Source: Candidatus Omnitrophota bacterium
GTDB taxonomy: Bacteria; Omnitrophota; Omnitrophia; Omnitrophales; Aquincolibacteriaceae
DNA: 64,000 nt
Assembly (NCBI GenBank): GCA_043808175.1
Contig: JAZDFE010000007.1
Coordinates: forward strand, 16,099-80,098
Direction: 5' to 3'
Shown: positions 49,995-60,892 of the stretch, in pieces
Numbering within the stretch: the first letter of the stretch is position 1
How the letters are laid out: each line of letters begins with the position of its first letter
Program-made: the position numbers and the translations under genes
Notes under the pieces: generated by a model
The model's input: only the letters and a program-made list of their open reading frames with translations
The model's database searches: none
What the model was told of the DNA's origin: nothing

Positions 49995-50875
49995 TCAAGC
50001 GTCTTGTTTTTATCTTTGTCGTGCTTGTGGTGTTCTATGTGTTTTTCGTGCAGATGCAGGTGGTGATCGCCCGCAAGCAAAGGGCCGAACAAGGGGCCGT
50101 GCAACCCTCCGAACAGAAACCGCAGAAAGTCCTCTCTTTTTCATTCACCAAGTACACGACCGAAGGGCAACGCGAAATCGAGATCGAAGGCGATTCCGCA
50201 AATATTCTCTCTAATACGGTGCAGCTGATGAATGTGATGGCCAAGGCGTATGCCGAAGAAGTCCCCGTGACCGTCACGGCAGATCGCGGCAATTACGACA
50301 AGAAAAAGAACAAGATCCATCTTGAAAAAAATGTTGTGGCTACGACCGATGACGGGACGCGCCTCATGACCGAGGCTCTGGACATGAGTCCTTCGGAGCA
50401 CATTGTGGAAACCGATCTACCGACACAGGTCAAGAAGGACAATATTAATGTGGAGGGCACCGGCGCTCGGGCAGAGACGAACCTGAAAAAAGTGAAATTT
50501 CAAAAAAATGTGACGGTAGTAGTACAGAATAACGAGGATAAAGAAACCGGGCCGACGACCATCACTTGCGACGGGCCCCTTGTGGTCGACTACGAAAAGA
50601 ATATCGCGCATTTCAGAGACAACGTCGTGGCGCAGGATTCCCGCGGGAAGCTTACGGCCGATACGATGGATGTTTATTACAACCGCGTGAGCCGTCGCGT
50701 TTCAAAGATCGTGTCCGCGGGCGACGTGGTGATCGAGAACCCCGACGGGAATAAGACCTACTCGGATAGCGTGATCTATCTGGCGGACGAAGGGCGGATC
50801 ATTTTGGGCGGGGACACGGAAGCCCTTTATTTTGGCGGGGATGCTCCCAACGGTCTTGGAAAGGGAGTGGTCTGA
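49991..50875 (+). CDS. lptC: LPS export protein of the LptC/LptA (OstA-N) fold. It has an N-terminal membrane anchor and appears to contain both an LptC-like and an LptA-like module.
   Basis: It has a transmembrane helix (LVFIFVVLVVFYVFFV). Its position upstream of lptB fits. An OstA-like repeat segment is present (TITCDGPLVVDYEKNIAHFRDNVVAQDSRGKLTADTMDVYYN). Confidence 0.55.
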   Translation: MIKRLVFIFVVLVVFYVFFVQMQVVIARKQRAEQGAVQPSEQKPQKVLSFSFTKYTTEGQREIEIEGDSANILSNTVQLMNVMAKAYAEEVPVTVTADRGNYDKKKNKIHLEKNVVATTDDGTRLMTEALDMSPSEHIVETDLPTQVKKDNINVEGTGARAETNLKKVKFQKNVTVVVQNNEDKETGPTTITCDGPLVVDYEKNIAHFRDNVVAQDSRGKLTADTMDVYYNRVSRRVSKIVSAGDVVIENPDGNKTYSDSVIYLADEGRIILGGDTEALYFGGDAPNGLGKGVV

Positions 50876-50877
50876 TC

Positions 50878-51603
50878 GTGAATTTACTTGAGACGAAACA
50901 GCTGACGAAAAGTTACAAAGGTCGCACGGTCGTAAACAATGTGAATATCCAGATCTCACGTGGCGAGATCGTGGGACTTTTGGGTCCCAACGGCGCCGGA
51001 AAGACCACGTCATTCTACATGGTGGTCGGGGTCATCCGTCCGGAATCCGGACAAATCTTTTTCCAGGGCGAGGAGATCACGAACCTTCCGATGTTTGAGC
51101 GGTCGCGGCTCGGAATCGGTTATCTTTCCCAGGAGCCTTCGATTTTTCGCAAATTGACCGTGGAAGAAAATATCATGGCCATCCTGGAGACTTTAGAGAT
51201 CCCTCAGGAGGAACGCGACCGTCGCCTCAAACGGCTCTTAAACGATCTCGATATCGCCTATCTTGCGAAGAACAAAGCCTACACGCTTTCCGGAGGCGAA
51301 CGTCGACGACTTGAGATCACGCGCGCGCTCGTGACAAATCCGTCTCTTATTCTTTTGGATGAACCTTTTAGCGGTGTGGATCCCATTGCGGTTTTTGAGG
51401 TGCAGAAGATCCTCCAACGGCTCAAGGCTCAGGGTCTTAGCATTTTGTTGACGGATCACAGCGTTCGCGAAACGCTTTCCATTACCGACCGTTCTTATCT
51501 TCTTTTCGAGGGCAAAATCGAGGTTTCCGGAACCTCGGAGTTTCTTGCCTCCGATTCCAAAGCTAGAGAGATCTATCTTGGGGAGAGGTTCACCTTAGCT
51601 TGA
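50878..51603 (+). CDS. lptB: LPS export ABC transporter ATP-binding protein; the start codon is GTG.
   Basis: Walker A (GPNGAGKTT), the ABC signature (LSGGERRRLEI) and Walker B (ILLDEPFSGVD) are all present. Confidence 0.9.
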   Translation: MNLLETKQLTKSYKGRTVVNNVNIQISRGEIVGLLGPNGAGKTTSFYMVVGVIRPESGQIFFQGEEITNLPMFERSRLGIGYLSQEPSIFRKLTVEENIMAILETLEIPQEERDRRLKRLLNDLDIAYLAKNKAYTLSGGERRRLEITRALVTNPSLILLDEPFSGVDPIAVFEVQKILQRLKAQGLSILLTDHSVRETLSITDRSYLLFEGKIEVSGTSEFLASDSKAREIYLGERFTLA

Positions 51604-51652
51604 TCCGGCATCCGCGTTTTACATCCATTCACCCAAGACCCTCAAGGAGGAA

Positions 51653-52210
51653 ATGACAGTGGATATTCGTTTTTCGGGGCAGAATCTTAAGATCACCGCG
51701 GGGATGAAGGAGCATTTGGAGGAAAGACTTCCCAAATTCGAAAAGTACGCTCCGCGAATCATAGAAGCCCATGTATTCCTTAAAAAAGAGAAATACGTCT
51801 TTAAGGCGGAGATCACGCTTGCGGCCAAGGACTTTCATGCTTTCGGGATGGGTGAAGCTAAAGATAATATCTTTGCGGCGATCGACGAGGCCTATGAGCG
51901 CGTTGTGAAACAGTTGAAAAAATTCCGCTCGAAATCAAAGGGGCATCATAAAAAAAATGCCAAAGCTTCAGCGAAGGTCGCCCGGGCGCTCGGAATGATC
52001 GAAACGGAAAGCATTTTGCCCGAAGATCATCCGAAGATCGTTCGTTCCTCAGTGTTTGCACTCAAGCCGATGTCTGCCGAAGAGGCCAGTCTTCAGCTTG
52101 AGATCTCTCCTGAGACCTTCCTTGTTTTTTTAAACCAAAATACCAACAGTGTGAATGTGATCCATAAGCGCAAGGACGGGAATCACGGGCTGATCGAGCC
52201 GGGATTCTAG
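51653..52210 (+). CDS. hpf: Ribosome hibernation promoting factor (long form, with a C-terminal dimerisation domain).
   Basis: The N-terminal sequence matches the RaiA/HPF fold (MTVDIRFSGQNLKITAGMKEHLEERLPKFEKYAPRIIEAHVFLKKEK). Confidence 0.85.
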   Translation: MTVDIRFSGQNLKITAGMKEHLEERLPKFEKYAPRIIEAHVFLKKEKYVFKAEITLAAKDFHAFGMGEAKDNIFAAIDEAYERVVKQLKKFRSKSKGHHKKNAKASAKVARALGMIETESILPEDHPKIVRSSVFALKPMSAEEASLQLEISPETFLVFLNQNTNSVNVIHKRKDGNHGLIEPGF

Positions 52211-52350
52211 TCCCAATTTTTATCAATTGAAGCGAAGCGGTCCCAATCCCAATCAATCGAAGCGTAGCTGAGATTGGGGCCGTCTCGACTACCATAAATG
52301 AAAAGAAAATAAAAGTCGCGACGGAAATTGGGGCAATCCTGATTACCATT
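52209..52350 (+). repeat. Family-2 intergenic repeat, copy R1, between hpf and ptsN.
   Basis: It shares two modules with copy R2 at 63085-63230: gtcccaa-N4-tatcaatt...agcgg and ca(t)aa(a)tgaaaagaaaa-aaaag...cggaaattgggg. Confidence 0.6.
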
Positions 52351-52412
52351 CATCAAAAAAAATGAAAGTCAGGATAGTTCCACAACCTTTTTCAATCAGG
52401 AGGAATACATCC

Positions 52413-52877
52413 ATGAAGATTACCGATTTTCTCAACGTCAAAGGCATCAAGGTTGATCTGGAAGCGACCGACAAAGAAAGCATTCTCAAAGAAATGGTCG
52501 ATCTTCTGGCCGAGGTCAAGGACGTGGGGGATAAAAAAAATATCCTTCGTGCTCTGATTGAGCGCGAGAACCTGGGTTCTACGGGTATCGGGCAGGGGAT
52601 CGCGATCCCGCACGGAAAGACCGATAAGGTGGACGGACTCGTGGCTGTGCTCGGCGTAAGCCGCAAAGGAGTGAACTTTGAAGCATTGGACGGCGAACCC
52701 GTCTATATCCTGTTCCTTCTTGTCGCACCCAAGGACACCGCCGGACCGCATCTCAAAGCGTTGGCACAGATATCAAGACTTCTCCGGGACACTTATTTTT
52801 GCGAACTTATCAGAAAGTGTAAAACCCCAAAGGATATTTTCGACTTGATCGCAAAAGAAGAGAACCGCAAGGTCTGA
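52413..52877 (+). CDS. ptsN: Nitrogen-regulatory PTS enzyme IIA (IIA-Ntr). The start is refined to MKITDFL after an AGGAGG ribosome-binding site.
   Basis: A PTS EIIA type-2 domain with its His loop is present (GIGQGIAIPHGKTD). Confidence 0.8.
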   Translation: MKITDFLNVKGIKVDLEATDKESILKEMVDLLAEVKDVGDKKNILRALIERENLGSTGIGQGIAIPHGKTDKVDGLVAVLGVSRKGVNFEALDGEPVYILFLLVAPKDTAGPHLKALAQISRLLRDTYFCELIRKCKTPKDIFDLIAKEENRKV

Positions 52878-52904
52878 TCCGGACCGTCTTCGCGACAGCC
52901 TTCT

Positions 52905-54164
52905 ATGAAATTCTTTAAATGGCTTTATCCTGGCATCGGAATCAAGCGGTGGATCTTTCTCTGCGCGTTGGGGCTCGGATTTATCGTATTGGTGGCTCTT
53001 TTGACCGTGCAGACCATGGCCAAGACGAGTGTGTTATTGGCCTCGTTCGCAACGGCATTTTTGATTCTTGGGATCTTTCTTATCTATACCTCGATAAAAA
53101 ACATGGTCCGGATCTTCGTGCGCGCGCTGATGCCTTTGAACGGGAACGATTCGCTTGTGGATATTGTTTACCAGAAACGCCGGGTGGAGTCTCTGTTGCA
53201 TGGACCGCGCGTTGTGGCGATCGGAGGCGGGACCGGCTTGAGCACCATGCTTTCAGGTGTCAAGGCGTTTACGAGTAATATCACTGCGATCGTGACGGTG
53301 ACGGACACAGGTGGAAGTTCCGGCCGTTTGCGCGACGAAATGGACATGCTGCCACCGGGCGATATCCGTAACTGTCTGGTGGCGCTCGCCGATGCAGGGC
53401 CGCTCATTCGCGATCTATTTCAGTACCGTTTTGAACTCGGGGAAGGACTGAAGGGACACAGCTTTGGGAATCTTTTTATTACCGCGCTTTCGAAGGTGAC
53501 GGGAGACTTTGAAAAAGCGATCGCGGAATCCAGCAAGGTTCTGGCTATCCGAGGACGGGTGCTTCCGTCGACGCTTGAAAAAGTGACGCTTGTGGGCGAA
53601 TTCATGGACGGGACTTCGGTCGAAGGCGAGACGAACATTACGGATCTGAAAAGACCGCTTCGCAGCATCCGTCTCCGGCCGGACGATTGCAAGGCGTGTC
53701 AGGAAGCCCTGGACGCGATCGAGATCGCAGACCTTATTCTCATGGGCCCGGGAAGTCTTTACACCAGTATTTTGCCGAATCTTTTGATCAAGGATATTCG
53801 TGATGCCGTGCTTCGGTCCGATGCGTACAAGGTTTATATCATGAACGCGATGACGCAGCCTGGTGAGACTATGGGGATGAGCGCATGGGATCATTTGAAC
53901 GTAATTCTGGACCATACGGACCCAAGGATCGTGGATGCTTGTTTTGTGAATACGGCGATCATTCCGGCGGCGATGCTTCAACGTTATGCTAAACAAGGCG
54001 CGATGCCAGTGAAATTGGATGTCGAGAAGATCCGGGAAAAAGGCTACCAGATCATCCAAGGGGATGTGCTTCAGGAGGGCGAGCAGGTTCGCCATAATTC
54101 TGAGCTTTTGATGAAATTTATTTTGGAACATTACAGGGAATATGCCGAGCGAACGGAAGAATGA
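52905..54164 (+). CDS. YvcK / UPF0052 (CofD-like) gluconeogenesis-factor family protein with an unusual N-terminal two-helix membrane anchor of about 90 aa.
   Basis: YvcK signature is present (VVAIGGGTGLSTMLSGVKAFTSNITAIVTVTDTGGSSGRLRDE). The extension reads IFLCALGLGFIVLVALL ... FLILGIFLIY. Confidence 0.75.
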   Translation: MKFFKWLYPGIGIKRWIFLCALGLGFIVLVALLTVQTMAKTSVLLASFATAFLILGIFLIYTSIKNMVRIFVRALMPLNGNDSLVDIVYQKRRVESLLHGPRVVAIGGGTGLSTMLSGVKAFTSNITAIVTVTDTGGSSGRLRDEMDMLPPGDIRNCLVALADAGPLIRDLFQYRFELGEGLKGHSFGNLFITALSKVTGDFEKAIAESSKVLAIRGRVLPSTLEKVTLVGEFMDGTSVEGETNITDLKRPLRSIRLRPDDCKACQEALDAIEIADLILMGPGSLYTSILPNLLIKDIRDAVLRSDAYKVYIMNAMTQPGETMGMSAWDHLNVILDHTDPRIVDACFVNTAIIPAAMLQRYAKQGAMPVKLDVEKIREKGYQIIQGDVLQEGEQVRHNSELLMKFILEHYREYAERTEE

Positions 54165-54255
54165 TGGGGCCATGATGTTCAAGTCTTTATTTTTTTCATG
54201 AATGGCGACTTGGACCGCCATGATTTTCGATTCGTTTTTTTAATTAAGGAAAATC

Positions 54256-54552
54256 ATGACAAAACGACCTAAAAAAATCAAGCAAGAGACGATCGAACGG
54301 ATTTTTATGATTGGCAACAAACTGGGCCTTCACGCCCGGCCCGCCGCTGTTTTTGTCCAGACGGCAAATCGGTTTGAGGCGTCGGTCGAGGTTCAAAAAG
54401 ATGATATCAAGATCGATGGTAAATCGATCATGGGCATCATGACGCTTGCGGCTGAAATGGGTTCGTCGATCGCGGTGCGCGTGACCGGCAAGGACGCTGC
54501 GGAGGCCATGGAAGCGTTGGCCAAACTCATAGGATCTAATTTCGGGGAATAA
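54256..54552 (+). CDS. ptsH: Phosphocarrier protein HPr/NPr.
   Basis: The active-site His region is present (GLHARPAAVFV). Confidence 0.8.
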   Translation: MTKRPKKIKQETIERIFMIGNKLGLHARPAAVFVQTANRFEASVEVQKDDIKIDGKSIMGIMTLAAEMGSSIAVRVTGKDAAEAMEALAKLIGSNFGE

Positions 54553-54556
54553 ACCA

Positions 54557-56305
54557 ATGAAAGAGTACAAAGGGATCGGGGTATCGCCCGGCATTGCGAT
54601 CGGCAAGGTGTTTATCCTGCATAGCGGGGGATCTTTCAATCTTCCCAAACGTCCCGTGGGTCCCGAGCAGATCTCCAACGAGATCGCCCGGTTCGAAGAA
54701 GCCCTTACGCGCACCCGCACCGAGATCCTTGGCATTCGCCGGAGACTTTCGGGCCAGATCGGCCGGGAGAGTTCGGATATCTTTACGGCACATCTTCTGA
54801 TCCTCGAAGACCGGACCCTGATCGAAGATGTGATCGAAGTCATCAAGAGCGAGAAAGTCGGTGCGGAGTACGCCTTCGCGGCTGTGATCCAGCGTTACTT
54901 TCAGGCCTTTTCCCAGATCAATGATGAATATCTCAAAGAGCGCATTTCGGACATTCGCGATGTGGGCAAGCGTCTTCTCGCAAATCTTTGCGGCGAAGAG
55001 AAAAAACGCCTTGAGGAATTCCAAGGGAAAGTGATCATCGCTTCCCATGATCTTTCGCCGTCGGATACGGCTTCACTTGATCGGAACAAAGTCATAGCGT
55101 TCGTGACCGAGATCGGCGGGGCGACGTCACACACGGCGATCCTCGGACGTTCACTTGAGATCCCGGCCGTCGTGGGACTTGAAAAGATCATCAATGAATT
55201 CCAGGATGACGACACGATCATCGTAGATGGGACGCATGGGGTTGTGATCATCAATCCCGATCAAGCGACCATTGACAAATTTAATTCTCAGGGGAGCCGT
55301 CTTATCCAACTCACCGGAGAGCTGGATAAATTGCGCGACCTTCCGGCCGAAACACTGGACGGAAAACGCATCATACTGGCCGCCAATATCGAATTTTATC
55401 ACGAGGCATCGTCCGTCATTTCTCACGGCGGCGAAGGGGTCGGGCTTTTCCGCACGGAATATTTTTACATGAACCGGGCGACGCTTCCGACCGAACAGGA
55501 ACAATACGAGGCGTATCGCAATATCGCGCAAGCGATGCATCCGCATTCGGTGGTTATTCGCACGCTCGATCTTGGAGGCGATAAGTTCGCTTCCACGCTC
55601 GAGATCCCCCATGAGATGAATCCTTATCTTGGCTGGCGCGCCATTCGCTTCTGTCTGACGCGCACGGACATCTTTAAGACCCAGCTTCGGGCGATCCTCC
55701 GGGCGAGTGCCCACGGAGATTTGAAGATCATGTATCCCATGATCACGGGTGTTTACGAGATTCGTGACGCGTGTAAAATATTAAACGAGGCAAAAGCCGA
55801 ACTTGAAAATGAAGGCATGCCGTTTAACAAGAACATTCCTGTCGGGGCTATGATCGAGATCCCTTCGGCAGCGTTGGCCAGCGACGTGTTGGCCAAAGAA
55901 GTGGATTTCTTTTCTCTCGGGACAAACGATTTGATTCAGTATGTGCTCGCGATCGACCGCATGAACGAGAAGATAGCGCATCTTTATGAGCCGACCCATC
56001 CGGCGATCATCCGCCTGATTGATCTGACGATTCGGAACGGTCACGGTCACAACATCTGGGTGGGAAGTTGCGGAGAAATGTCCTCAGATCCGGCGATCGC
56101 CATCCTCTTGGTGGGGCTCGGGATCGACGAGATCAGCGCCAGTCCTGTCATGCTGCCCAAGATCAAGAAAGCGATCCGTTCGATCCGCTATTCCGACGCC
56201 AAGGAGATCGCCCAAAAGGCTCTCGCGTTCCACACTGGTAAAGAGACCTATGCTTTTCTGAAGGAAAAGCTCAAAGACGTTTGCGCGGAGCTTGCCGACG
56301 AATAA
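54557..56305 (+). CDS. ptsI: Phosphoenolpyruvate-protein phosphotransferase (PTS enzyme I).
   Basis: The phosphohistidine domain (TEIGGATSHTAILGRSLEIPAVVG) and a PEP-utilising TIM barrel are present. Confidence 0.9.
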   Translation: MKEYKGIGVSPGIAIGKVFILHSGGSFNLPKRPVGPEQISNEIARFEEALTRTRTEILGIRRRLSGQIGRESSDIFTAHLLILEDRTLIEDVIEVIKSEKVGAEYAFAAVIQRYFQAFSQINDEYLKERISDIRDVGKRLLANLCGEEKKRLEEFQGKVIIASHDLSPSDTASLDRNKVIAFVTEIGGATSHTAILGRSLEIPAVVGLEKIINEFQDDDTIIVDGTHGVVIINPDQATIDKFNSQGSRLIQLTGELDKLRDLPAETLDGKRIILAANIEFYHEASSVISHGGEGVGLFRTEYFYMNRATLPTEQEQYEAYRNIAQAMHPHSVVIRTLDLGGDKFASTLEIPHEMNPYLGWRAIRFCLTRTDIFKTQLRAILRASAHGDLKIMYPMITGVYEIRDACKILNEAKAELENEGMPFNKNIPVGAMIEIPSAALASDVLAKEVDFFSLGTNDLIQYVLAIDRMNEKIAHLYEPTHPAIIRLIDLTIRNGHGHNIWVGSCGEMSSDPAIAILLVGLGIDEISASPVMLPKIKKAIRSIRYSDAKEIAQKALAFHTGKETYAFLKEKLKDVCAELADE

Positions 56306-57297
56306 TGGAAGTTTATCTGAAGGATCTCGCCAATCAGGTCGTGAAGGCCCGTGCGATCGCCGGAGGCATCAGCCTCCCGTCCTCGTTCATTAAAAGGCCG
56401 GAAAAAGTCCTTTATTGCGGGATGGGCGGTTCTGCCATCAGCGGAGATATCCTTGGGACCATTGCCCAGAGTCGTTCGCGTATCCATTGGACGGTGAACC
56501 GGACTTCGCGGCTTCCCGAATGGGTCGATTCTAAAACGATCGTGATCCTTTCGAGCTACTCCGGCAACACGGATGAAGTCGAATCGATCTTTGAACAAGC
56601 GGTTGCGCGCAAAGCACATTTTCTTGTCGTGGCGTCCGGGGGACGGCTCGCGGAGGAAGCTCTCAAGAGAAAGATCCCGTTTTTCCGTTTGCCCCAGGGG
56701 TACCCGCCGCGTTTTGCGATCGGGTACACGACTTTTTCGCTTCTTTTTCTTTTTATGCGCTACCGGTGGTTCTCGGTCTCCGACAAAGAGATCAGGGAAG
56801 CGCTTCGTGGGATCCGTCATTTTCCTGAAGCAGAAGCACGCAAACTCGCGAAGCTGCTTTTCGACAAGAATATCGCGATCTACGGCGGCGGTCTGATGCA
56901 ATCCGTGGCGCTTAGGTGGCGCACCCAGTTCGCGGAGAACGCAAAGACACTGGCATCTTGCGAAGCACTGCCTGAGATGTTCCATCATGAGGTCGAAGGT
57001 TGGCATTTCCCGAAGTTCAAGGTCAGGCGCTCAGTGGCTGTTTTTCTGACGGATCGGAACGAACCCGAGTGGCTTCGCAGGAAAAAGAAGGTCGCGATGG
57101 AGGCGATCCGGGAACATGGCGCCAAGGTTGTGGAGGTCAAGGCCCGGGGCGAGGGGGTTCTTGCCCGGATTTTTTCTATGATCATGCTGGGGGATTGGAC
57201 AAGTTGCGGGTTGGCAAAACTTTACAAGGTCGATTCCATGTCGGTCGAGGTGATCGACCGGATCAAAAAGGCCTGCCCCGTTAGAGACCGACGGTAG
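56305..57297 (+). CDS. Bifunctional phosphoglucose/phosphomannose isomerase family (SIS domain). The start is refined to MEVYLKDL, overlapping the ptsI stop (TAATG).
   Basis: An SIS motif is present (VLYCGMGGSAISGDILG) and the protein is about 330 aa. Confidence 0.65.
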   Translation: MEVYLKDLANQVVKARAIAGGISLPSSFIKRPEKVLYCGMGGSAISGDILGTIAQSRSRIHWTVNRTSRLPEWVDSKTIVILSSYSGNTDEVESIFEQAVARKAHFLVVASGGRLAEEALKRKIPFFRLPQGYPPRFAIGYTTFSLLFLFMRYRWFSVSDKEIREALRGIRHFPEAEARKLAKLLFDKNIAIYGGGLMQSVALRWRTQFAENAKTLASCEALPEMFHHEVEGWHFPKFKVRRSVAVFLTDRNEPEWLRRKKKVAMEAIREHGAKVVEVKARGEGVLARIFSMIMLGDWTSCGLAKLYKVDSMSVEVIDRIKKACPVRDRR

Positions 57298-57396
57298 CAT
57301 GCTTGGGTTTGATAAGAAAACAGGGAGAGAGGTACGGATGAGATTTTTCGGATCATACGGAAGCGCCGCAGGCGTTTCCTGTAACGGGGTGAACTT

Positions 57397-58155
57397 ATGA
57401 AGGTCATCATTCTTTGCGCGGGATATGCGACGCGTCTTTATCCGCTGACCGAGAATATGCCGAAGCCCCTGCTCTCGGTGGGCAATAGGCCCATTCTGGA
57501 GTGGATCCTGGAGCGTGTCCAGAAAGTTCAAGGCGTTCAGACCGTTTATCTCGTGAGTAATCAAAAATTCGCCGGGCATTTTGAAACTTGGGCGGCGAAG
57601 ATGAAATATCCCTGGCCGATCGAGGTCGTGAACGATCACACTACGAGTAATGAGACGCGTCTTGGAGCTATCGGGGACCTGGCGTACGTGATCGAAACGA
57701 AGAAGGTCAGTCCTTGCGACCTTTTAGTGATCGCGGGAGATAATTTCTTCGATTTTGACCTGGCGTCGTTCGTTCATTTTGGAACAAAGAAACGGCCGCA
57801 CGGAGTGATCGCGGCCTATGATGTTGGGGATAAAGAGCTGGCCAAACGCTACGGTCTTGTCAGAATCGATGCGCAGGGAAAGATCCTGGAATTTCAGGAA
57901 AAACCACCCCAACCGACCACCACGCTGGCCTCGAGTGGTATTTATTGGCTTCCCCAGGAAATTTGGAGCCTGCTTGACAGGTATATCACAAGCGGCCATA
58001 ATACCGACCAACCCGGCCATTATATGCGTTGGCTGGCTGAAACATCGGGTCTCTTTGCTTTTTCTCTTAAGGGAAAATGGTTGGATATCGGTGACCTCGA
58101 CTCTTATCGGAAAGCCAACGCCATTGTTAATACCCCAACAAATCCAAAGGAGTAA
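57397..58155 (+). CDS. Sugar-1-phosphate nucleotidyltransferase.
   Basis: The NTP-transferase N-terminus is present ([39 protein letters not shown]). Confidence 0.75.
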   Translation: MKVIILCAGYATRLYPLTENMPKPLLSVGNRPILEWILERVQKVQGVQTVYLVSNQKFAGHFETWAAKMKYPWPIEVVNDHTTSNETRLGAIGDLAYVIETKKVSPCDLLVIAGDNFFDFDLASFVHFGTKKRPHGVIAAYDVGDKELAKRYGLVRIDAQGKILEFQEKPPQPTTTLASSGIYWLPQEIWSLLDRYITSGHNTDQPGHYMRWLAETSGLFAFSLKGKWLDIGDLDSYRKANAIVNTPTNPKE

Positions 58156-58162
58156 CACCACT

Positions 58163-59350
58163 ATGAAAAAAGGGCATTATTTCTTCACATCTGAATCTGT
58201 TTCCGAGGGACATCCGGACAAGGTTTGCGACCAGGTTTCGGACGGGATCCTGGACGCCTACCTTGCGGGAGATCCTACGTCGCGCGTGGCCTGCGAATGT
58301 CTGGCCACGACTGACCGCTTGACCATTGCCGGCGAGATCACGAGCAAAACCAAGGTCGATGCCGAAAAAGTTGCGCGAAACATCATCCGGAAGATCGGTT
58401 ATGTGGATCCCAAGATCGGTTTCGATTATAAGACCTGCCGGGTGGATATTGCGCTCCATACCCAGTCGCCCGATATCGCGATGGGCGTGGATACGGGCGG
58501 CGCCGGGGACCAAGGCATGATGTTCGGGTTTGCGTCAAATGAGACAAAAGAACTTATGCCGCTTCCGATCATGCTCGCTCAAAAACTCGTCCGTTATTTG
58601 ACCGCCGTTCGTAAAAGCGGCAAGATCAAGTATCTTCGGCCGGATTCGAAGAGCCAAGTTACGGTGGAATACGATGGCGATGTGCCGGTGCGCGTGGATG
58701 CCGTGGTGCTTAGTTCTCAGCATGATGGGGATGTGACGCTTCCGACGATCACCAAGGACCTGACCGAAAAAGTCATCAAGAAGGTCATCCCGGCCAACTT
58801 GATGGACAAGAACACCAAGATATTCATCAATCCGACCGGACGTTTCGAGGTAGGCGGACCACATGGAGACACAGGTCTTACGGGTCGCAAGATCATCGTG
58901 GACACCTATGGCGGCATGGGCCGTCACGGGGGCGGCGCGTTCAGCGGTAAGGATCCTTCCAAAGTGGACCGCTCGGCCGCGTATTTTGCCCGTTATGTCG
59001 CAAAAAATATCGTTGCCGCCGGCATCGCCAAGCGTTGTGAGATCCAGGTTTCCTACGCGATCGGCGTGGCAGAACCCGTTTCGATCCGCGTGGAAACATT
59101 CGGGACCAGCAAGTTCGACAACGAAGAGATCGTGGAAGCGGTCCGGAAAGTTTTTGATTTTACGCCTAAAGGCATCATCGCGACCTTGGATCTTCGCCGT
59201 CCTATCTACAATAAGACCGCCGCGTACGGGCATTTTGGCCGTTCGGAAGCCGGTTTTACATGGGAAAAAACGGATGCGGTCGATCAACTTCGAAAAGCGC
59301 TGAAGCTCAAAGACAACTGTGGTTGCAGAAAAGTCGTCTGTGCAGCTTAA
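58163..59350 (+). CDS. metK: S-adenosylmethionine synthetase. The start is refined to [20 protein letters not shown] after an AAAGGAG ribosome-binding site.
   Basis: MetK signatures are present ([31 protein letters not shown]). Confidence 0.95.
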   Translation: MKKGHYFFTSESVSEGHPDKVCDQVSDGILDAYLAGDPTSRVACECLATTDRLTIAGEITSKTKVDAEKVARNIIRKIGYVDPKIGFDYKTCRVDIALHTQSPDIAMGVDTGGAGDQGMMFGFASNETKELMPLPIMLAQKLVRYLTAVRKSGKIKYLRPDSKSQVTVEYDGDVPVRVDAVVLSSQHDGDVTLPTITKDLTEKVIKKVIPANLMDKNTKIFINPTGRFEVGGPHGDTGLTGRKIIVDTYGGMGRHGGGAFSGKDPSKVDRSAAYFARYVAKNIVAAGIAKRCEIQVSYAIGVAEPVSIRVETFGTSKFDNEEIVEAVRKVFDFTPKGIIATLDLRRPIYNKTAAYGHFGRSEAGFTWEKTDAVDQLRKALKLKDNCGCRKVVCAA

Positions 59351-59366
59351 CTTAGAAGAAAAGACC

Positions 59367-60806
59367 ATGACAAAAAAAGGCAAAAAGAAAGTCCATGCTT
59401 TCAAAGTGAAGAACGATTTCAAGGTCGCGGACCTTTCGCTTGCCGACTGGGGCCGTAAGGAACTCGATATGGCCGAGAAAGAAATGCCGGGGCTGATGGC
59501 GACCCGCAAGAAGTACGGGCCCAAGAAACCTCTTCAGGGCAAGCGGATCATGGGCAGTCTCCACATGACGATCCAGACCGCAGTACTGATCGAGACTTTG
59601 ATCGAGCTTGGGGCCGATGTTCGTTGGTGCTCCTGTAATATTTTTTCCACACAGGACCATGCCGCGGCCGCTTTGGCCGTGAAGGGCATTCCGGTGTTCG
59701 CTTGGAAAGGAGAGACTCTGGAAGAATATTGGTGGTGTACGCTCCAGGCGCTCAACTTTTCGGGCGGCAAGGGCCCGAATCTTATCGTGGACGACGGGGG
59801 CGATGCGACGCTCATGATCCATTTGGGTTATGACGCGGAGAAAGATCCGAAGATCCTCGACAAGAAGGTCGGCACTCAGGACGAGATCGAACTTTTCAAA
59901 CTTCTGAAAAAGGTCATGAAGGACGATCCCAGGAAATGGCACAGAGTGGTCAAGGAATGGGAAGGCGTTTCCGAGGAAACGACGACGGGCGTTCATCGCC
60001 TGTACAAAATGCAGGAACAGGGGAAACTTCTGGTCCCGGCAATCAACGTGAACGATTCTGTGACCAAATCCAAATTTGATAATCTCTACGGGTGCCGCGA
60101 ATCCCTGGCGGATGGCATCAAACGAGCGACCGATGTAATGATCGCGGGCAAGGTTGCCGTGGTGTTAGGCTACGGGGACGTGGGCAAAGGCAGCGCCCAG
60201 GCCATGCACGGTTTCGGAGCTCGCGTCATCGTGACCGAGATCGATCCGATCTGTGCGCTCCAGGCGACAATGGCCGGTTTTCAAGTCGCGCGACTGGAGG
60301 ATGTGCTTGATATCGGGGATATCTATGTGACCACGACGGGCAATATCGACGTCATCACCGCCGAACACATGTCCAAGATGAAGGACGAATCTATCGTCTG
60401 CAACATCGGACATTTTGATCATGAGATCCAGGTCGCTCAGCTTCAAAAGTGGCCGGGCATCAAAAAGATCAACATCAAACCGCAGGTCGATAAATATGTT
60501 TTCCCGGACGGGCATTCGATCATTCTTCTTGCGGAAGGCCGTCTCGTGAACCTTGGCTGTGCCACGGGCCATCCGAGCTTTGTGATGTCGAACTCCTTCA
60601 CGAATCAGACGCTCGCGCAGATCGATCTGGTGATGAACCCTAAAAAGCCCGGCGTTTATCGCCTTGAGAAGAAGCTTGATGAGGAAGTGGCCCGGCTCCA
60701 TTTGGAAAAACTGGGCGCCCGGCTCACAAGGCTTACGAAAAAACAATCCGAGTATCTTGACGTTCCTCTCGATGGTCCCTACAAACCCGAGCATTATAAA
60801 TATTAA
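59367..60806 (+). CDS. ahcY: Adenosylhomocysteinase. The start is refined to MTKKGKKK.
   Basis: AhcY sequence is present ([28 protein letters not shown]) with an NAD-binding region ([14 protein letters not shown]). Confidence 0.95.
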   Translation: MTKKGKKKVHAFKVKNDFKVADLSLADWGRKELDMAEKEMPGLMATRKKYGPKKPLQGKRIMGSLHMTIQTAVLIETLIELGADVRWCSCNIFSTQDHAAAALAVKGIPVFAWKGETLEEYWWCTLQALNFSGGKGPNLIVDDGGDATLMIHLGYDAEKDPKILDKKVGTQDEIELFKLLKKVMKDDPRKWHRVVKEWEGVSEETTTGVHRLYKMQEQGKLLVPAINVNDSVTKSKFDNLYGCRESLADGIKRATDVMIAGKVAVVLGYGDVGKGSAQAMHGFGARVIVTEIDPICALQATMAGFQVARLEDVLDIGDIYVTTTGNIDVITAEHMSKMKDESIVCNIGHFDHEIQVAQLQKWPGIKKINIKPQVDKYVFPDGHSIILLAEGRLVNLGCATGHPSFVMSNSFTNQTLAQIDLVMNPKKPGVYRLEKKLDEEVARLHLEKLGARLTRLTKKQSEYLDVPLDGPYKPEHYKY

Positions 60807-60892
60807 ACAGGCGGGTTGTCGCGGTGCCTCATCCTGAGCTAGCCCTCCGGCAATGGTTTGTGGCTTTGCGTCCACTTTGATAGGAGCTATTC

